Below are positions 40,180 to 49,509 of a stretch of DNA of 64,000 bases, piece after piece. Every line of letters starts with the position of its first letter. Within the stretch, counting starts at the first letter, position 1. Under the pieces are notes generated by a model that saw nothing but the letters and a program-made list of their open reading frames with translations, did not search any database and had not been told where the DNA came from. The position numbers and the translations under genes were made by a program. Origin of the DNA: a bacterium (GTDB lineage Bacteria > Bacillota > Clostridia > Oscillospirales > Acutalibacteraceae); contig JAHLAX010000005.1 of the NCBI GenBank assembly GCA_020625875.1, positions 20,903-84,902 on the forward strand. Direction: 5' to 3'.

Positions 40180-40317
40180 TGATTTTATACCCCTCACGGA
40201 TTCTCAGTTAAATCTTGATTCGGTTTGTTATTATGTACAGGTTCCTTTGGAATTTTCTCACTAAAATCTATTAGTTTTATACAAAATCTCACGGCTGCTA
40301 TCAACGGTATCTGTGGT

Positions 40318-40415
40318 GGGTCTCCCTCGCGTATTCTTAGTGTTCTGCGGATTTCCTTGGGAATAACGACTCGTCCGAGGTCGTCAATTCGCCTTACAAT
40401 TCCTGTTGCCTTCAT
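40318..40415 (-). pseudogene. spoVT: Truncated spoVT (first 33 codons, then an unrelated 40-aa tail to 40194)
   Basis: Protein identical to 3687..4229 up to ...IREGDP, then diverges. Confidence 0.93.
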
Positions 40416-40514
40416 ATCTTAAATCTCCCTATCTATCTGAATTTGTGTTTAATTTGCCTCATTATCTTTTGCAAAATCAGGCAGAAAATACAATTTGTAG
40501 AATGGAAGATTTTG
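40318..40514. repeat. Direct repeat copy 2 (spoVT 5' end plus upstream region)
   Basis: Aligns with 4132-4329, including ttatcttttgcaa, aggcagaaaatacaattt and agaatggaagattttg. Confidence 0.95.
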
Positions 40515-40617
40515 TTTTTAGACTATATCCAAAAGATTATTTGTAAGATAGAATAAATGTGTAACATTTCATAATGTATAGAGTTTCAGTTTATATAAAT
40601 AATTCTTTATTAAGGTA

Positions 40618-40664
40618 TTGCAAAAACAAATGTTTGATGATACAATAGAATAGAACTTACGTTC
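40618..40664 (+). promoter_or_regulatory. Sigma-A promoter with LexA (Cheo) boxes
   Basis: TTGCAA-17 nt-TACAAT with extended TG; GAAC-ttac-GTTC at 40653-40664; degenerate AAAC-aaat-GTTT at 40624-40635. Confidence 0.75.
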
Positions 40665-40689
40665 AACGACAGAGAAAGAAGGTTAGGAA

Positions 40690-41244
40690 ATGAATGAACT
40701 CGAGAAGATTGCCCGCGCTCAAATGTATGTAGAAAAGCTCGCGAATGGTGTGAATCCGTTGTCTGATGAAATTATAGACGAAAATGATGTTATTAATAAC
40801 GTCAGAATATCAAGATGTCTTTTCTATGTATCGGATATTTTAAAGGAAATAGTTAACGGAAAAGGGAAATATCGCGCTCAAATGCCTGTTAGAGCTCCTT
40901 TTGTATTGACAGATGAACAAGCGGAGCGTTTTGAATTCTCTAAAACTCCTCTTACCGTGTCGGAAATAACAAAACGATTAAACGCTTTGATTGACCCTAT
41001 ATCCGTTAAAGAACTGAAACTCGGTGTTATTACAAATTGGCTTACCGAGATAGGTATGCTTGATGAAATTATGATTGATAACAAGAAAAGACGAAGACCG
41101 AGTAATAACGGCTTGTCAATCGGCATATCTACGGAGCAGAAAGTCAGTAAAACTGGCACTCCTTATGAGGCTGTTTTTTATAATCTTAATGCCCAGCATT
41201 TTATAATTGACAACATCGGTGCAATTATCGCTGTAACAAAGTGA
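40690..41244 (+). CDS. Hypothetical protein (possible winged-helix DNA-binding C-terminal half)
   Basis: 184-aa ORF with RBS, own promoter and terminator; KLANGVNP motif; LTVSEITKRLN..ITNWL..IGML. Confidence 0.7.
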   Translation: MNELEKIARAQMYVEKLANGVNPLSDEIIDENDVINNVRISRCLFYVSDILKEIVNGKGKYRAQMPVRAPFVLTDEQAERFEFSKTPLTVSEITKRLNALIDPISVKELKLGVITNWLTEIGMLDEIMIDNKKRRRPSNNGLSIGISTEQKVSKTGTPYEAVFYNLNAQHFIIDNIGAIIAVTK

Positions 41245-41281
41245 AAACAACAGATAATGTTAATGACATACAAATAATAGG

Positions 41282-41318
41282 AATCCGTGCCAGATTAGAA
41301 CTGGTGCGGATTTTTTAT
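41282..41318 (+). terminator. Intrinsic terminator
   Basis: aatccgtgccag-attagaa-ctggtgcggatt followed by a T-run. Confidence 0.75.
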
Positions 41319-41475
41319 TATATTATCTCGTCTCCGCTTTGTAGTATCGTTTACCGAATGATCATAAGCTCCTCTATATCGTAGCTTGCTTCACTTATTC
41401 TTGAATTTGTATGTTTGTCTTTATAACTTCTTTTTTTATTTTTTGTAAAAACTTGCGTGGATAATTTGAATTTTG

Positions 41476-41504
41476 TTGAAAAAAAACAAGTGTTGTAGTA
41501 TAAT
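41476..41504 (+). promoter_or_regulatory. Sigma-A promoter of cassette 2
   Basis: TTGAAA-17 nt-TATAAT; flanks resemble the promoter at 4411. Confidence 0.75.
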
Positions 41505-41563
41505 AAACTTTGTATAACACAATATGCCGATAAACTTTTTATAAATACTTCAGGAGAAAGGCT

Positions 41564-42700
41564 ATGAATTTTATTCCTTTCAATGTTCCTCCATATATAC
41601 GAACAGAGTATAATTACATAAAACAGGCGATTGAACTGCATAAAATCAGCGGTGACGGCGAGTTTACAAAGAAGTGTAACTCAAAGCTCGAGGAAATGAC
41701 AGGTACTGCGAAAGCGCTAATCACCACCTCGGGTACTGCCGCGCTTGAAATGTCGGCGATTCTTGCCAATATTCAGCCTGGTGATGAGGTCATTATGCCT
41801 TCATATACCTTTGTTTCAACCGCCAACGCCTTTGTGCTCAGGGGAGCGAAGATTGTGTTTGTTGACATTCGACCCGACACGCTCAACATCGACGAAAAAC
41901 TGATTGAGGACGCGATAACCGACAGGACAAAGGCGATTGTGCCCGTTCATTACGCGGGCGTCGGCTGTGAGATGGACACAATCTGTGATATAGCCAAGCG
42001 TCATAACTTGTATGTTGTTGAGGACGCGGCACAGGGCGTGAATGCTTTTTATAAGGGACAGGCACTCGGCTCTATCGGCGATTTCGGCTGCTTCAGCTTT
42101 CATGAAACAAAGAATTACAGCAGCGGCGAGGGAGGCGCTATTCTGATTAATGATAATGACAACATTGAGCGAGCCGAGATTATCCGCGAAAAGGGCACCA
42201 ACCGCTCAAAGTTTTTCCGCGGACAGGTTGATAAATACACATGGGTAGACGTTGGCTCGTCTTATCTTCAAAGCGAGCTTAACTGTGCTTATCTTTACGC
42301 TCAGCTTGAGAACCCCGATATAATAAACAATGACCGTATGCCTTCGTGGAATATGTATAATGAATTATTGACCCCGCTTGCGGATAAAGGGATAATAGAA
42401 TTGCCGTTTATTCCCAATGAGTGTACCCATAACGCTCATATGTACTACATAAAAGTTAAGAATCTTGATGAGCGTACAAGGATGCTTAAGCATCTTAGGG
42501 GAAACGGAATCGGAGCTGTGTTCCACTATATTCCGCTCCATTCATCTCCCGCGGGAGAGAAGTTTGGGCGCTTTCACGGCGAGGATAAGGTTACCGCTAA
42601 AGAGAGCGAAAGAATCATTAGATTGCCGATGTACTATGGGTTGAAAGATAATGAGATTGAATATGTCGTTGGGAAAATAAATGGATTTTTCGGGGCATAA
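41564..42700 (+). CDS. rffA: dTDP-4-amino-4,6-dideoxygalactose transaminase
   Basis: IPFNVPP, SGDGEFTKKC, FSFHETKN, EKGTNRSKFFRGQVDKYTW, AVFHYIPLH. Confidence 0.93.
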   Translation: MNFIPFNVPPYIRTEYNYIKQAIELHKISGDGEFTKKCNSKLEEMTGTAKALITTSGTAALEMSAILANIQPGDEVIMPSYTFVSTANAFVLRGAKIVFVDIRPDTLNIDEKLIEDAITDRTKAIVPVHYAGVGCEMDTICDIAKRHNLYVVEDAAQGVNAFYKGQALGSIGDFGCFSFHETKNYSSGEGGAILINDNDNIERAEIIREKGTNRSKFFRGQVDKYTWVDVGSSYLQSELNCAYLYAQLENPDIINNDRMPSWNMYNELLTPLADKGIIELPFIPNECTHNAHMYYIKVKNLDERTRMLKHLRGNGIGAVFHYIPLHSSPAGEKFGRFHGEDKVTAKESERIIRLPMYYGLKDNEIEYVVGKINGFFGA

Positions 42701-42712
42701 GGTGATATAGAA

Positions 42713-44074
42713 ATGAAAAAATGCGATGTTCTTATTACATATGAAATAAAAAACAGAGAAATAGAAAATCTTTGTTTGATTAAAAGAGAGTTGGAAAGAC
42801 GTGGATATTCAGTTGAGATGTGTATGCAATATGCTACATATTTTGAGGTTCCTGAGCCGATTGACGCTAAGGTGATTGTTATACCTGCTTATTATCGTCC
42901 GAGAGCAAAGTATTATACAGCATCGCATCTTGTAAAAACAAAAAAAATAGTCAATATGCGTTGGGAACAAATAGTAGGAAATGCGGTTGACTCCAAGTCT
43001 AATAGTCTGTATGCAATTAAGGATTGGGGAAAAGAAGCTACTCATATCTCGTGGGGCAAGGATTCTTTTGACACTATGACTGAGGAGTGGGGAGTTTCTG
43101 AATCTCATGTGCGAATTTGCGGTCATGTAACGCTTGATTACCTAAGACCGCAGCTTAGATCGTTCTTCTATGACAAAGATACTTTGTTTAAAAAGTATAA
43201 TATTCCCTCAGATGTTAGAACACACCTTTACATTTCTTCGTTTTCACTTGCAGGAATGCATAGCAGAGTTGTTAAACACGCGCAGACGGACGAATTCTCT
43301 GATGTTATTTCACAAAGCGTCATTGCTACAGCGAATTCCCAAAAAACTACCATTGAGTGGCTTGAAAGAATACTCTCGGAAACTGAGGATGATATTATCA
43401 TTTATCGCCCTCATCCCGAAGAAAAGAACAACGAACAGCTTATTGCTCTGCAAAAGCGTTGTCCCAGATTCCGAGTAATAAGTGATGAAACTGTTAAGCA
43501 GTGGATTGTTGCGTGTGACAAGATATACACGTGGGTAAGTACCTCTATTGCTGAGATTTACGCTTCGGGTAAAAGCTGCGCTATACTCAGACCGACTGAG
43601 GTTCCGTATGATATTGAAATGACGATATATAATGGCTCAAAAAGTATTATCGATTATGACGAGTTTAAAAAGGTTTTCCTTTCGGACGAGAGTGTTCCTT
43701 TCCCGATTGAGGAGTCAAAAATACGTCATTATTATGATATTGCGCCTGACAGATATTCGTTTGAGAGAGTGTGCGATGTAATTGAAGAGGTTTACAAGGA
43801 CGACAGTTACTGCCTGAGCCAGCCGTTGGAAAATCCTTTCGGTAAGACTGTTTTTAACAAATACAGATTTGAGAACGCGATAAAACGCTATCTTGCGAAA
43901 TCAAAGCTGATGAATTATGTGCAGAAGAAAGATTGGTTTAAGAATACTAAATTTCGCGAAAACCTCGATGATGTATTCTATGTAAGAGATAAATTAAAAA
44001 AGAATTATGTTTCTGATGAGGAGATAGCTCAGATTATAGCGAGAATAGATAAAGCGTTGGGCGAACGGAGATAA
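42713..44074 (+). CDS. Surface carbohydrate biosynthesis protein, probable GT-B transferase (candidate pseudaminyltransferase)
   Basis: YEIKNRE N-terminal motif, YRPHP, STSIAE; located in the Pse cluster. Confidence 0.6.
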   Translation: MKKCDVLITYEIKNREIENLCLIKRELERRGYSVEMCMQYATYFEVPEPIDAKVIVIPAYYRPRAKYYTASHLVKTKKIVNMRWEQIVGNAVDSKSNSLYAIKDWGKEATHISWGKDSFDTMTEEWGVSESHVRICGHVTLDYLRPQLRSFFYDKDTLFKKYNIPSDVRTHLYISSFSLAGMHSRVVKHAQTDEFSDVISQSVIATANSQKTTIEWLERILSETEDDIIIYRPHPEEKNNEQLIALQKRCPRFRVISDETVKQWIVACDKIYTWVSTSIAEIYASGKSCAILRPTEVPYDIEMTIYNGSKSIIDYDEFKKVFLSDESVPFPIEESKIRHYYDIAPDRYSFERVCDVIEEVYKDDSYCLSQPLENPFGKTVFNKYRFENAIKRYLAKSKLMNYVQKKDWFKNTKFRENLDDVFYVRDKLKKNYVSDEEIAQIIARIDKALGERR

Positions 44075-44076
44075 AA

Positions 44077-44964
44077 ATGCGTTTTCTAATAATTGGAGCA
44101 GCGGGTTTTATAGGAACAGAGCTGACTGCGTACCTTGTAAAAAAAGGTAATGAAATAATCGGATATGATTTGCTTGATGAACCTAACAAAAGCGTTGCTG
44201 AAATAGACGGATTTACCTATAAAAAATCAAGTGTTGTAGCAGCGGATGATTATAGAAACTGTGACTGTTTGATTTTGCTCGCGGCAAAGCGTCCATACAA
44301 AGATTTTTCTTTCGCAGACTACCAGAATAATGTAAATATTTTTGAACGATACATATGTGAAGCCGTTGAAAACGGATTGAAAAATATAGTTTTCGCTTCA
44401 TCTAAGGCAGTATATTCGGGTGATAATATGCCGTGGCGCGAGGACGACAGGTCAATACCTTCAAGTTTATATGGAGCCTCAAAGCTTGCCGCAGAAGAAA
44501 TAGGACTATATTACTCGCTATCTAATAAAATGAGTTTTAAGAGTCTTAGATTTGCCCAGATTATCGGTATGGGCGAGAGAAAAGGTTATCTTATTAATAC
44601 ACTTATAGATAACGCGATTGATAAAAATACTCAGGTTGTTTTCGGTTCGGGCGAACAAAAGCGGCACTATGTTTATGTTAAAGATGTTTGTCGGGCTTTT
44701 TATGCCGCGGCTATGTACACTGAAAAATCAGGCGTTTATAATATAGGAATGGAGAAACCTGCGACCAATTTGGAACTGGCGCTTTGTGTTAACAAAGCGT
44801 TTGGTAACGAAGGTAATTTAGAACACGATTATTCAAAAGATATGATTGGAATAAATGATGAAATGAGTGTTGATAAAGCGAAATCAGAGCTCGGTTTTGC
44901 CGCGGAGTATGATTTGGAGTCTACATTCAAAGATTTGGCGGAGTCAATAAAAAATAATGGTTAA
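44077..44964 (+). CDS. NAD-dependent epimerase/dehydratase (extended SDR)
   Basis: GAAGFIG, ASSKAVY, YGASK, RHYVYVKD. Confidence 0.88.
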   Translation: MRFLIIGAAGFIGTELTAYLVKKGNEIIGYDLLDEPNKSVAEIDGFTYKKSSVVAADDYRNCDCLILLAAKRPYKDFSFADYQNNVNIFERYICEAVENGLKNIVFASSKAVYSGDNMPWREDDRSIPSSLYGASKLAAEEIGLYYSLSNKMSFKSLRFAQIIGMGERKGYLINTLIDNAIDKNTQVVFGSGEQKRHYVYVKDVCRAFYAAAMYTEKSGVYNIGMEKPATNLELALCVNKAFGNEGNLEHDYSKDMIGINDEMSVDKAKSELGFAAEYDLESTFKDLAESIKNNG

Positions 44965-46417
44965 TAAACTTTTAGCTAAATACAAAGCTTTGCCCGTCCC
45001 CGTGCGCGCCGCTTTCTTTTTCGTTTTTTGCGGGGTGTTTAAGGACGCTGTTGATGTTATTGTAACGCCCGTTTTTACGCGAATACTTACTGTTGAGGAG
45101 TATGGACTGTTCAACGTATATAACTCTTGGTTTCAGATTTTCAGACTTGTTGTTTCCCTGAGTATTTACAGCGAAGGCTTTAACGTAGGTATGGCACATT
45201 ACGGTGACGACAGGGAAGGATTTACATCATCTCAACAGGGTTTAATGACGGTGATGTTTGTTGTATGGGGTTCTGTATATTTTATTTGGAAAGGCATATG
45301 GAACGAAATGCTGGGATTGAACTCAGTACTGATGTTCTTTATGATTTCCCAGATAATGTTTTCGGTACAATACGCCTTTTGGTATCAGAAAACAAAATAC
45401 ACATATAAATATATAACTCTTACCGCGGTTACACTTGTCTATACGTTGCTTCAGCCCTTGCTCGGTATTCTTTTGATAAAGCTGAATACTTACGGTTTAA
45501 ACAACGGCGAGTTGAGAATATACGCAGGGGTAGGCGTTCAGATTCTTTTTGGCTTAGCTGTATATATAATACAGTTTGTTAAGAATCGCACATTTTTTAA
45601 AAAGGAGTACTGGCTCTTCGCGCTAAAGACAAATATAGTGCTGCTTCCTCATTTTTTGTCGCAGATTATATTAAATCAAACCGACAAAATAATGATTAAC
45701 GCTTTTACGGGACAAGCCCAGACGGCGATTTACAGTGTAGCTCATTCGGCGGCTTTCGTTATGCTGGTGGTTACTACGAATCTCAATGGTTCATTTGTGC
45801 CGTGGCTGTATGAAAAGCTCAAGAAAAAAAGCTTTGACGGTATAAAGAGTATTATTAACATACTGTTGATTATAGCGGCTGCCGCGGTGTTCCTGCTTGT
45901 TACTGTCGCGCCAGAGGCTATGTTCATTTTAGCGGGAGAGAAGTATCATAGCGGTGTATGGGTTGTTCCGCCGCTGGCATTCAGTGTATTTCTTGTTTTT
46001 GTTTATACGCTTATGGCGAATTTTGAGCTGTTTTACTCGAAAAATCATTTTGTAATGATAGCTTCGCTTGTAGGTGCCGGTTTAAATATATTATTAAACT
46101 TCCTATTGATTCCGATTTTTGGCTTTGTAGCGGCAGGTTATACAACCTTAACAGGTTATTTTGTAATGTGTATTTTACACACTATATTTATTATAATAAC
46201 CTGCAAAAAAGAGGGACTATCCCTTAAATTGTTAATCGACTTAAGAGTAATTGCCTTTGTAACAATAGCTTTGGCTGTTTTGTGTGCGGGTGTTACTTTG
46301 TTATATAACATAATGATTGTGAGATATATATTTGTCGCGATTATACTGTTAATTGCGGTTATAAAGAGAAAGACGCTGCTTTCATTGTTCAAGCAACTGA
46401 AAGGCAAAAAAGCGTAA
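44957..46417 (+). CDS. wzx: Wzx oligosaccharide flippase
   Basis: Multi-TM protein; TPVFTRILT.EEYG, PHFLS..ILNQTDKIMI, GFVAAGYTT. Confidence 0.88.
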   Translation: MVNKLLAKYKALPVPVRAAFFFVFCGVFKDAVDVIVTPVFTRILTVEEYGLFNVYNSWFQIFRLVVSLSIYSEGFNVGMAHYGDDREGFTSSQQGLMTVMFVVWGSVYFIWKGIWNEMLGLNSVLMFFMISQIMFSVQYAFWYQKTKYTYKYITLTAVTLVYTLLQPLLGILLIKLNTYGLNNGELRIYAGVGVQILFGLAVYIIQFVKNRTFFKKEYWLFALKTNIVLLPHFLSQIILNQTDKIMINAFTGQAQTAIYSVAHSAAFVMLVVTTNLNGSFVPWLYEKLKKKSFDGIKSIINILLIIAAAAVFLLVTVAPEAMFILAGEKYHSGVWVVPPLAFSVFLVFVYTLMANFELFYSKNHFVMIASLVGAGLNILLNFLLIPIFGFVAAGYTTLTGYFVMCILHTIFIIITCKKEGLSLKLLIDLRVIAFVTIALAVLCAGVTLLYNIMIVRYIFVAIILLIAVIKRKTLLSLFKQLKGKKA

Positions 46418-46431
46418 GAGGGTGAATTTGA

Positions 46432-47367
46432 GTGGCTTTATATTCAATTGTAATTCCTGTTTATAATTCAGCAAAGGGGCTTCCTTTGCTGTATGAGCGA
46501 ATTTCAAAAGAGTTTGACGAGGTTATCAAAGAGAATTTTGAACTTATTCTGGTTGACGATTGCTCTAAAGATGACTCATATAAAGTTATATGTCAGCTCA
46601 GAGAAAAAGATCCGAGAGTCAAGGGCGTTCAGCTTGCCGTTAATCACGGTCAGCAGAAGGCGGTTATGTGCGGATTTAGCTATGTCAGCGGTGATTACAT
46701 AATTACTATGGATGATGATTTGCAGCATCCGCCCGAGGAAATTCCGAAGCTTATCGAAAAGATGAACAGCTCAGATGATATAGACATTGTAATCGGAGCC
46801 TATGCTCAAAAAAAGCACGGGCCGATAAAAAAATTCGGCTCAAAGCTTATGAATATGACAAGTAATATGATTTATGGAAAAGCGCATTCTTTGAAGCTTA
46901 CGAGTTTTCGTTTAATAAAAAGATATGTTATTGATAACTTAAACGGCATTTCTATTTCCAGACCTACTATAGGTCCGTTGCTCTTGCAAACGACAAAAAG
47001 AATAGTCAATGTAACGGTTCAGCATGATGATCGTCAGTACGGCAAAAGCGGTTATTCGTTTTTTAAACTGTGCAGAGCTTTCTTTGACAATATGATTACC
47101 AACTCAGATCTACCGCTTAAGGCTGTCGGTTGGGTAGGTGCTTTAAGTATGCTTGGAAGCGTAATTCTCATTATAAAGTTTTTGCTTGATTATTTTATCA
47201 AAGGCACAAGCTTTGTAGGATGGACAAGTACTATAATCTTAGTTTTGTTTTTTGGCGGGGTTATACTGTTTTCAATTGGTATACTCGGAAGATACCTGAC
47301 CAGTATTATGTTGGAAACAAAAAAATATCCCAAGTATCTTGTGCGCAGAGAAGATTTGAATAAATAA
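46432..47367 (+). CDS. GT2 polyprenol-phosphate glycosyltransferase (GtrB/ArnC-like)
   Basis: SIVIPVYN, NHGQQKA, TMDDDLQHPPE, two C-terminal TM helices, ETKKYPKY. Confidence 0.88.
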   Translation: MALYSIVIPVYNSAKGLPLLYERISKEFDEVIKENFELILVDDCSKDDSYKVICQLREKDPRVKGVQLAVNHGQQKAVMCGFSYVSGDYIITMDDDLQHPPEEIPKLIEKMNSSDDIDIVIGAYAQKKHGPIKKFGSKLMNMTSNMIYGKAHSLKLTSFRLIKRYVIDNLNGISISRPTIGPLLLQTTKRIVNVTVQHDDRQYGKSGYSFFKLCRAFFDNMITNSDLPLKAVGWVGALSMLGSVILIIKFLLDYFIKGTSFVGWTSTIILVLFFGGVILFSIGILGRYLTSIMLETKKYPKYLVRREDLNK

Positions 47368-47378
47368 GAAGGAAGAAT

Positions 47379-48482
47379 ATGAAAAAAATACTTGTGCTCG
47401 GCACGGGCGCTGCGCAGGCTGATTTGATAAAGGAATGCAAAACTCAGGGTTTGGAAGTTTACGCTTGCAGTTACATAGACGGTGACGTCGCGCAACGGTA
47501 TGCCGACCATTTTGAACAAATAAATATCGTTGATATTGATGCTGTTTTGGAATATGCAAAAAAAGAAAAAGTTGATTATGTTTATTCCGCGGGCTCTGAT
47601 GTTGCTATGCCTACCGCTCTGAAAGTTTCGGAGGAATTGGGCTTGCCGACATTTTGCGGCTCAAAAACTGCTAAGATTTGCAACAATAAAATCCTGCTCC
47701 GTGAAACGCTCGGAAGCGATTTTGAAGGCAATCTTAAGTTTCAAATGATAAGCAATGCTGATGATGAAATTACGCTTGAATACCCGTTTATAATGAAGCC
47801 CTCAGACTCGCAAGGGCAGCGCGGAGTTTGCCTCGTGAATTCATATGAGGAATTTAAAGCGAATTTTGACAGAACAATTTCTTTTTCAAGAGAGAAAAAA
47901 GTAATAATCGAAGAATATGTCGAGGGATACGAAATCAGCGTCAACGCTTTTGTCAGCGGCGGTAAAACCGTTTTTAGTTTGCCGTCAAAAAGAATAGCGT
48001 GGGAAGAGTTCCCAGGCGGAATTATCAAAAAACACGTTATTTCAAATGACATAATAACAAATACCGAGCTTCAAGCTCGCGTTAGAACATTAGTTGAAAG
48101 CACCGTAAACGCTTTGAGAATAAACAGCGGTCCTGTATATTTTCAAATTATTGTTAATCGGGACAATTATCCGAAGCTCATTGAGGTTACACCGCGGCTT
48201 GACGGTTGCCATATGTGGAACGCGATTAAGTGTTCCACGGGTGTGGATTTGTTAAAGCTTACCGTTGATTCATTAACGGGAAAAGATATTACAATTCCTG
48301 ATTATACCGTAAAGCCCTATGAGCTCGAGTTTTTGTGCCTGCCTCCAAACGAGGTGTTCGACACAGACAGCTTTGAATTGCCGCAATTCGATTATTTGCA
48401 ATGGTATTATAAAGACGGCGAAATCGTTAAAATAATGAACGGCTATATGGAAAAATGCGGTTATTTAATCAGAAAAATTTAA
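47379..48482 (+). CDS. ATP-grasp domain protein
   Basis: MKPSDSQGQRGV, IIEEYVEG.EISV, LIEVTPRLDG. Confidence 0.87.
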   Translation: MKKILVLGTGAAQADLIKECKTQGLEVYACSYIDGDVAQRYADHFEQINIVDIDAVLEYAKKEKVDYVYSAGSDVAMPTALKVSEELGLPTFCGSKTAKICNNKILLRETLGSDFEGNLKFQMISNADDEITLEYPFIMKPSDSQGQRGVCLVNSYEEFKANFDRTISFSREKKVIIEEYVEGYEISVNAFVSGGKTVFSLPSKRIAWEEFPGGIIKKHVISNDIITNTELQARVRTLVESTVNALRINSGPVYFQIIVNRDNYPKLIEVTPRLDGCHMWNAIKCSTGVDLLKLTVDSLTGKDITIPDYTVKPYELEFLCLPPNEVFDTDSFELPQFDYLQWYYKDGEIVKIMNGYMEKCGYLIRKI

Positions 48483-48509
48483 TTAAGTTTATATAAAAAG
48501 GAGCTAACT

Positions 48510-49508
48510 ATGATTAACAACAAAACTATTCTTATAACAGGCGGAACGGGTTCGTTCGGGCACCATTTTGTTGACTATGTTCTGGAACATTATAAGCCTA
48601 AAAAGCTGATTATTTACTCCAGAGATGAGTACAAGCAGTTCATTATGGGCAACGAATACAAAGAGTATCGCGATATTATGCGCTTCTTTATTGGCGATGT
48701 TCGTGATGAGCCGAGACTTAGAATGGCTATGAAGGGCGTTGATTATGTTATTCACGCGGCAGCTTTAAAGCAGGTACCCGCTTGTGAATACAACCCGAAT
48801 GAAGCTATCAAGACAAATGTAAATGGTGCTATGAACGTAATCACCGCGTCGCTTGAAGCTGGTGTAAAAAAGGTTGTGGCTCTCTCTACCGACAAAGCCG
48901 TTAACCCAATTAACCTCTACGGCGGTACTAAGCTTGTTTCAGACAAGCTTTTCGCCGCGGCAAACGCCTACAGCGGAGCTGATGGCACACGCTTTTCAAT
49001 TGTAAGATACGGCAACGTCGCGGGCAGCCGCGGTTCGGTTATTCCGTTCTTTAAGAAAATCATTGAAAACGGCGGCAAAGAACTTCCTATTACCGACTAC
49101 CGTATGACAAGATTCTGGATTAGCCTTGAGGAAGGCGTAAAGCTCGTGCTTCACGCGCTTGAGAACTCCCACGGCGGAGAGACTTTTATCTCAAAGATTC
49201 CGTCGTTTAAGATTACCGACCTTGCTAAGGCTATGTTGCCCGATTGCGAGATGCCCGAGGTGGGTATCCGCGAGGGCGAAAAGCTCCACGAGATTATGGT
49301 TACAAGAGAAGACTCAATGATGACCTACGAGTACGAAAAGCACTTTATCATTTATCCGCATTATGATTGGTGGAATAATGAAAATGTTGTTCCGGGCGGC
49401 AAAAAGGTTGATCCCGAATTTGAGTATTCTTCGGGCACAAACACAGAGTGGCTCAGCGTTGAGGATTTAAAAGAAAAGTTAAAGACAGATATAAGTAAAC
49501 ACGATTAA
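48510..49508 (+). CDS. pseB: UDP-GlcNAc 4,6-dehydratase (inverting)
   Basis: TGGTGSFG, YSRDEYKQ, HAAALKQVPACEYNP, STDKA.NPINLYGGTK, RYGNV.GSRGS. Confidence 0.95.
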   Translation: MINNKTILITGGTGSFGHHFVDYVLEHYKPKKLIIYSRDEYKQFIMGNEYKEYRDIMRFFIGDVRDEPRLRMAMKGVDYVIHAAALKQVPACEYNPNEAIKTNVNGAMNVITASLEAGVKKVVALSTDKAVNPINLYGGTKLVSDKLFAAANAYSGADGTRFSIVRYGNVAGSRGSVIPFFKKIIENGGKELPITDYRMTRFWISLEEGVKLVLHALENSHGGETFISKIPSFKITDLAKAMLPDCEMPEVGIREGEKLHEIMVTREDSMMTYEYEKHFIIYPHYDWWNNENVVPGGKKVDPEFEYSSGTNTEWLSVEDLKEKLKTDISKHD

Positions 49509-49509
49509 T

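Noticed and set aside
39650-40317. Integrase or transposase remnant at the cassette end
   Set aside because: No recognisable recombinase motifs found by eye; a blastx search would be needed to exclude a decayed fragment.
41351-41641. 96-aa minus-strand ORF
   Set aside because: It overlaps the cassette 2 promoter and the rffA start and has no RBS; its 3' end might be a gene remnant but this is unsupported.
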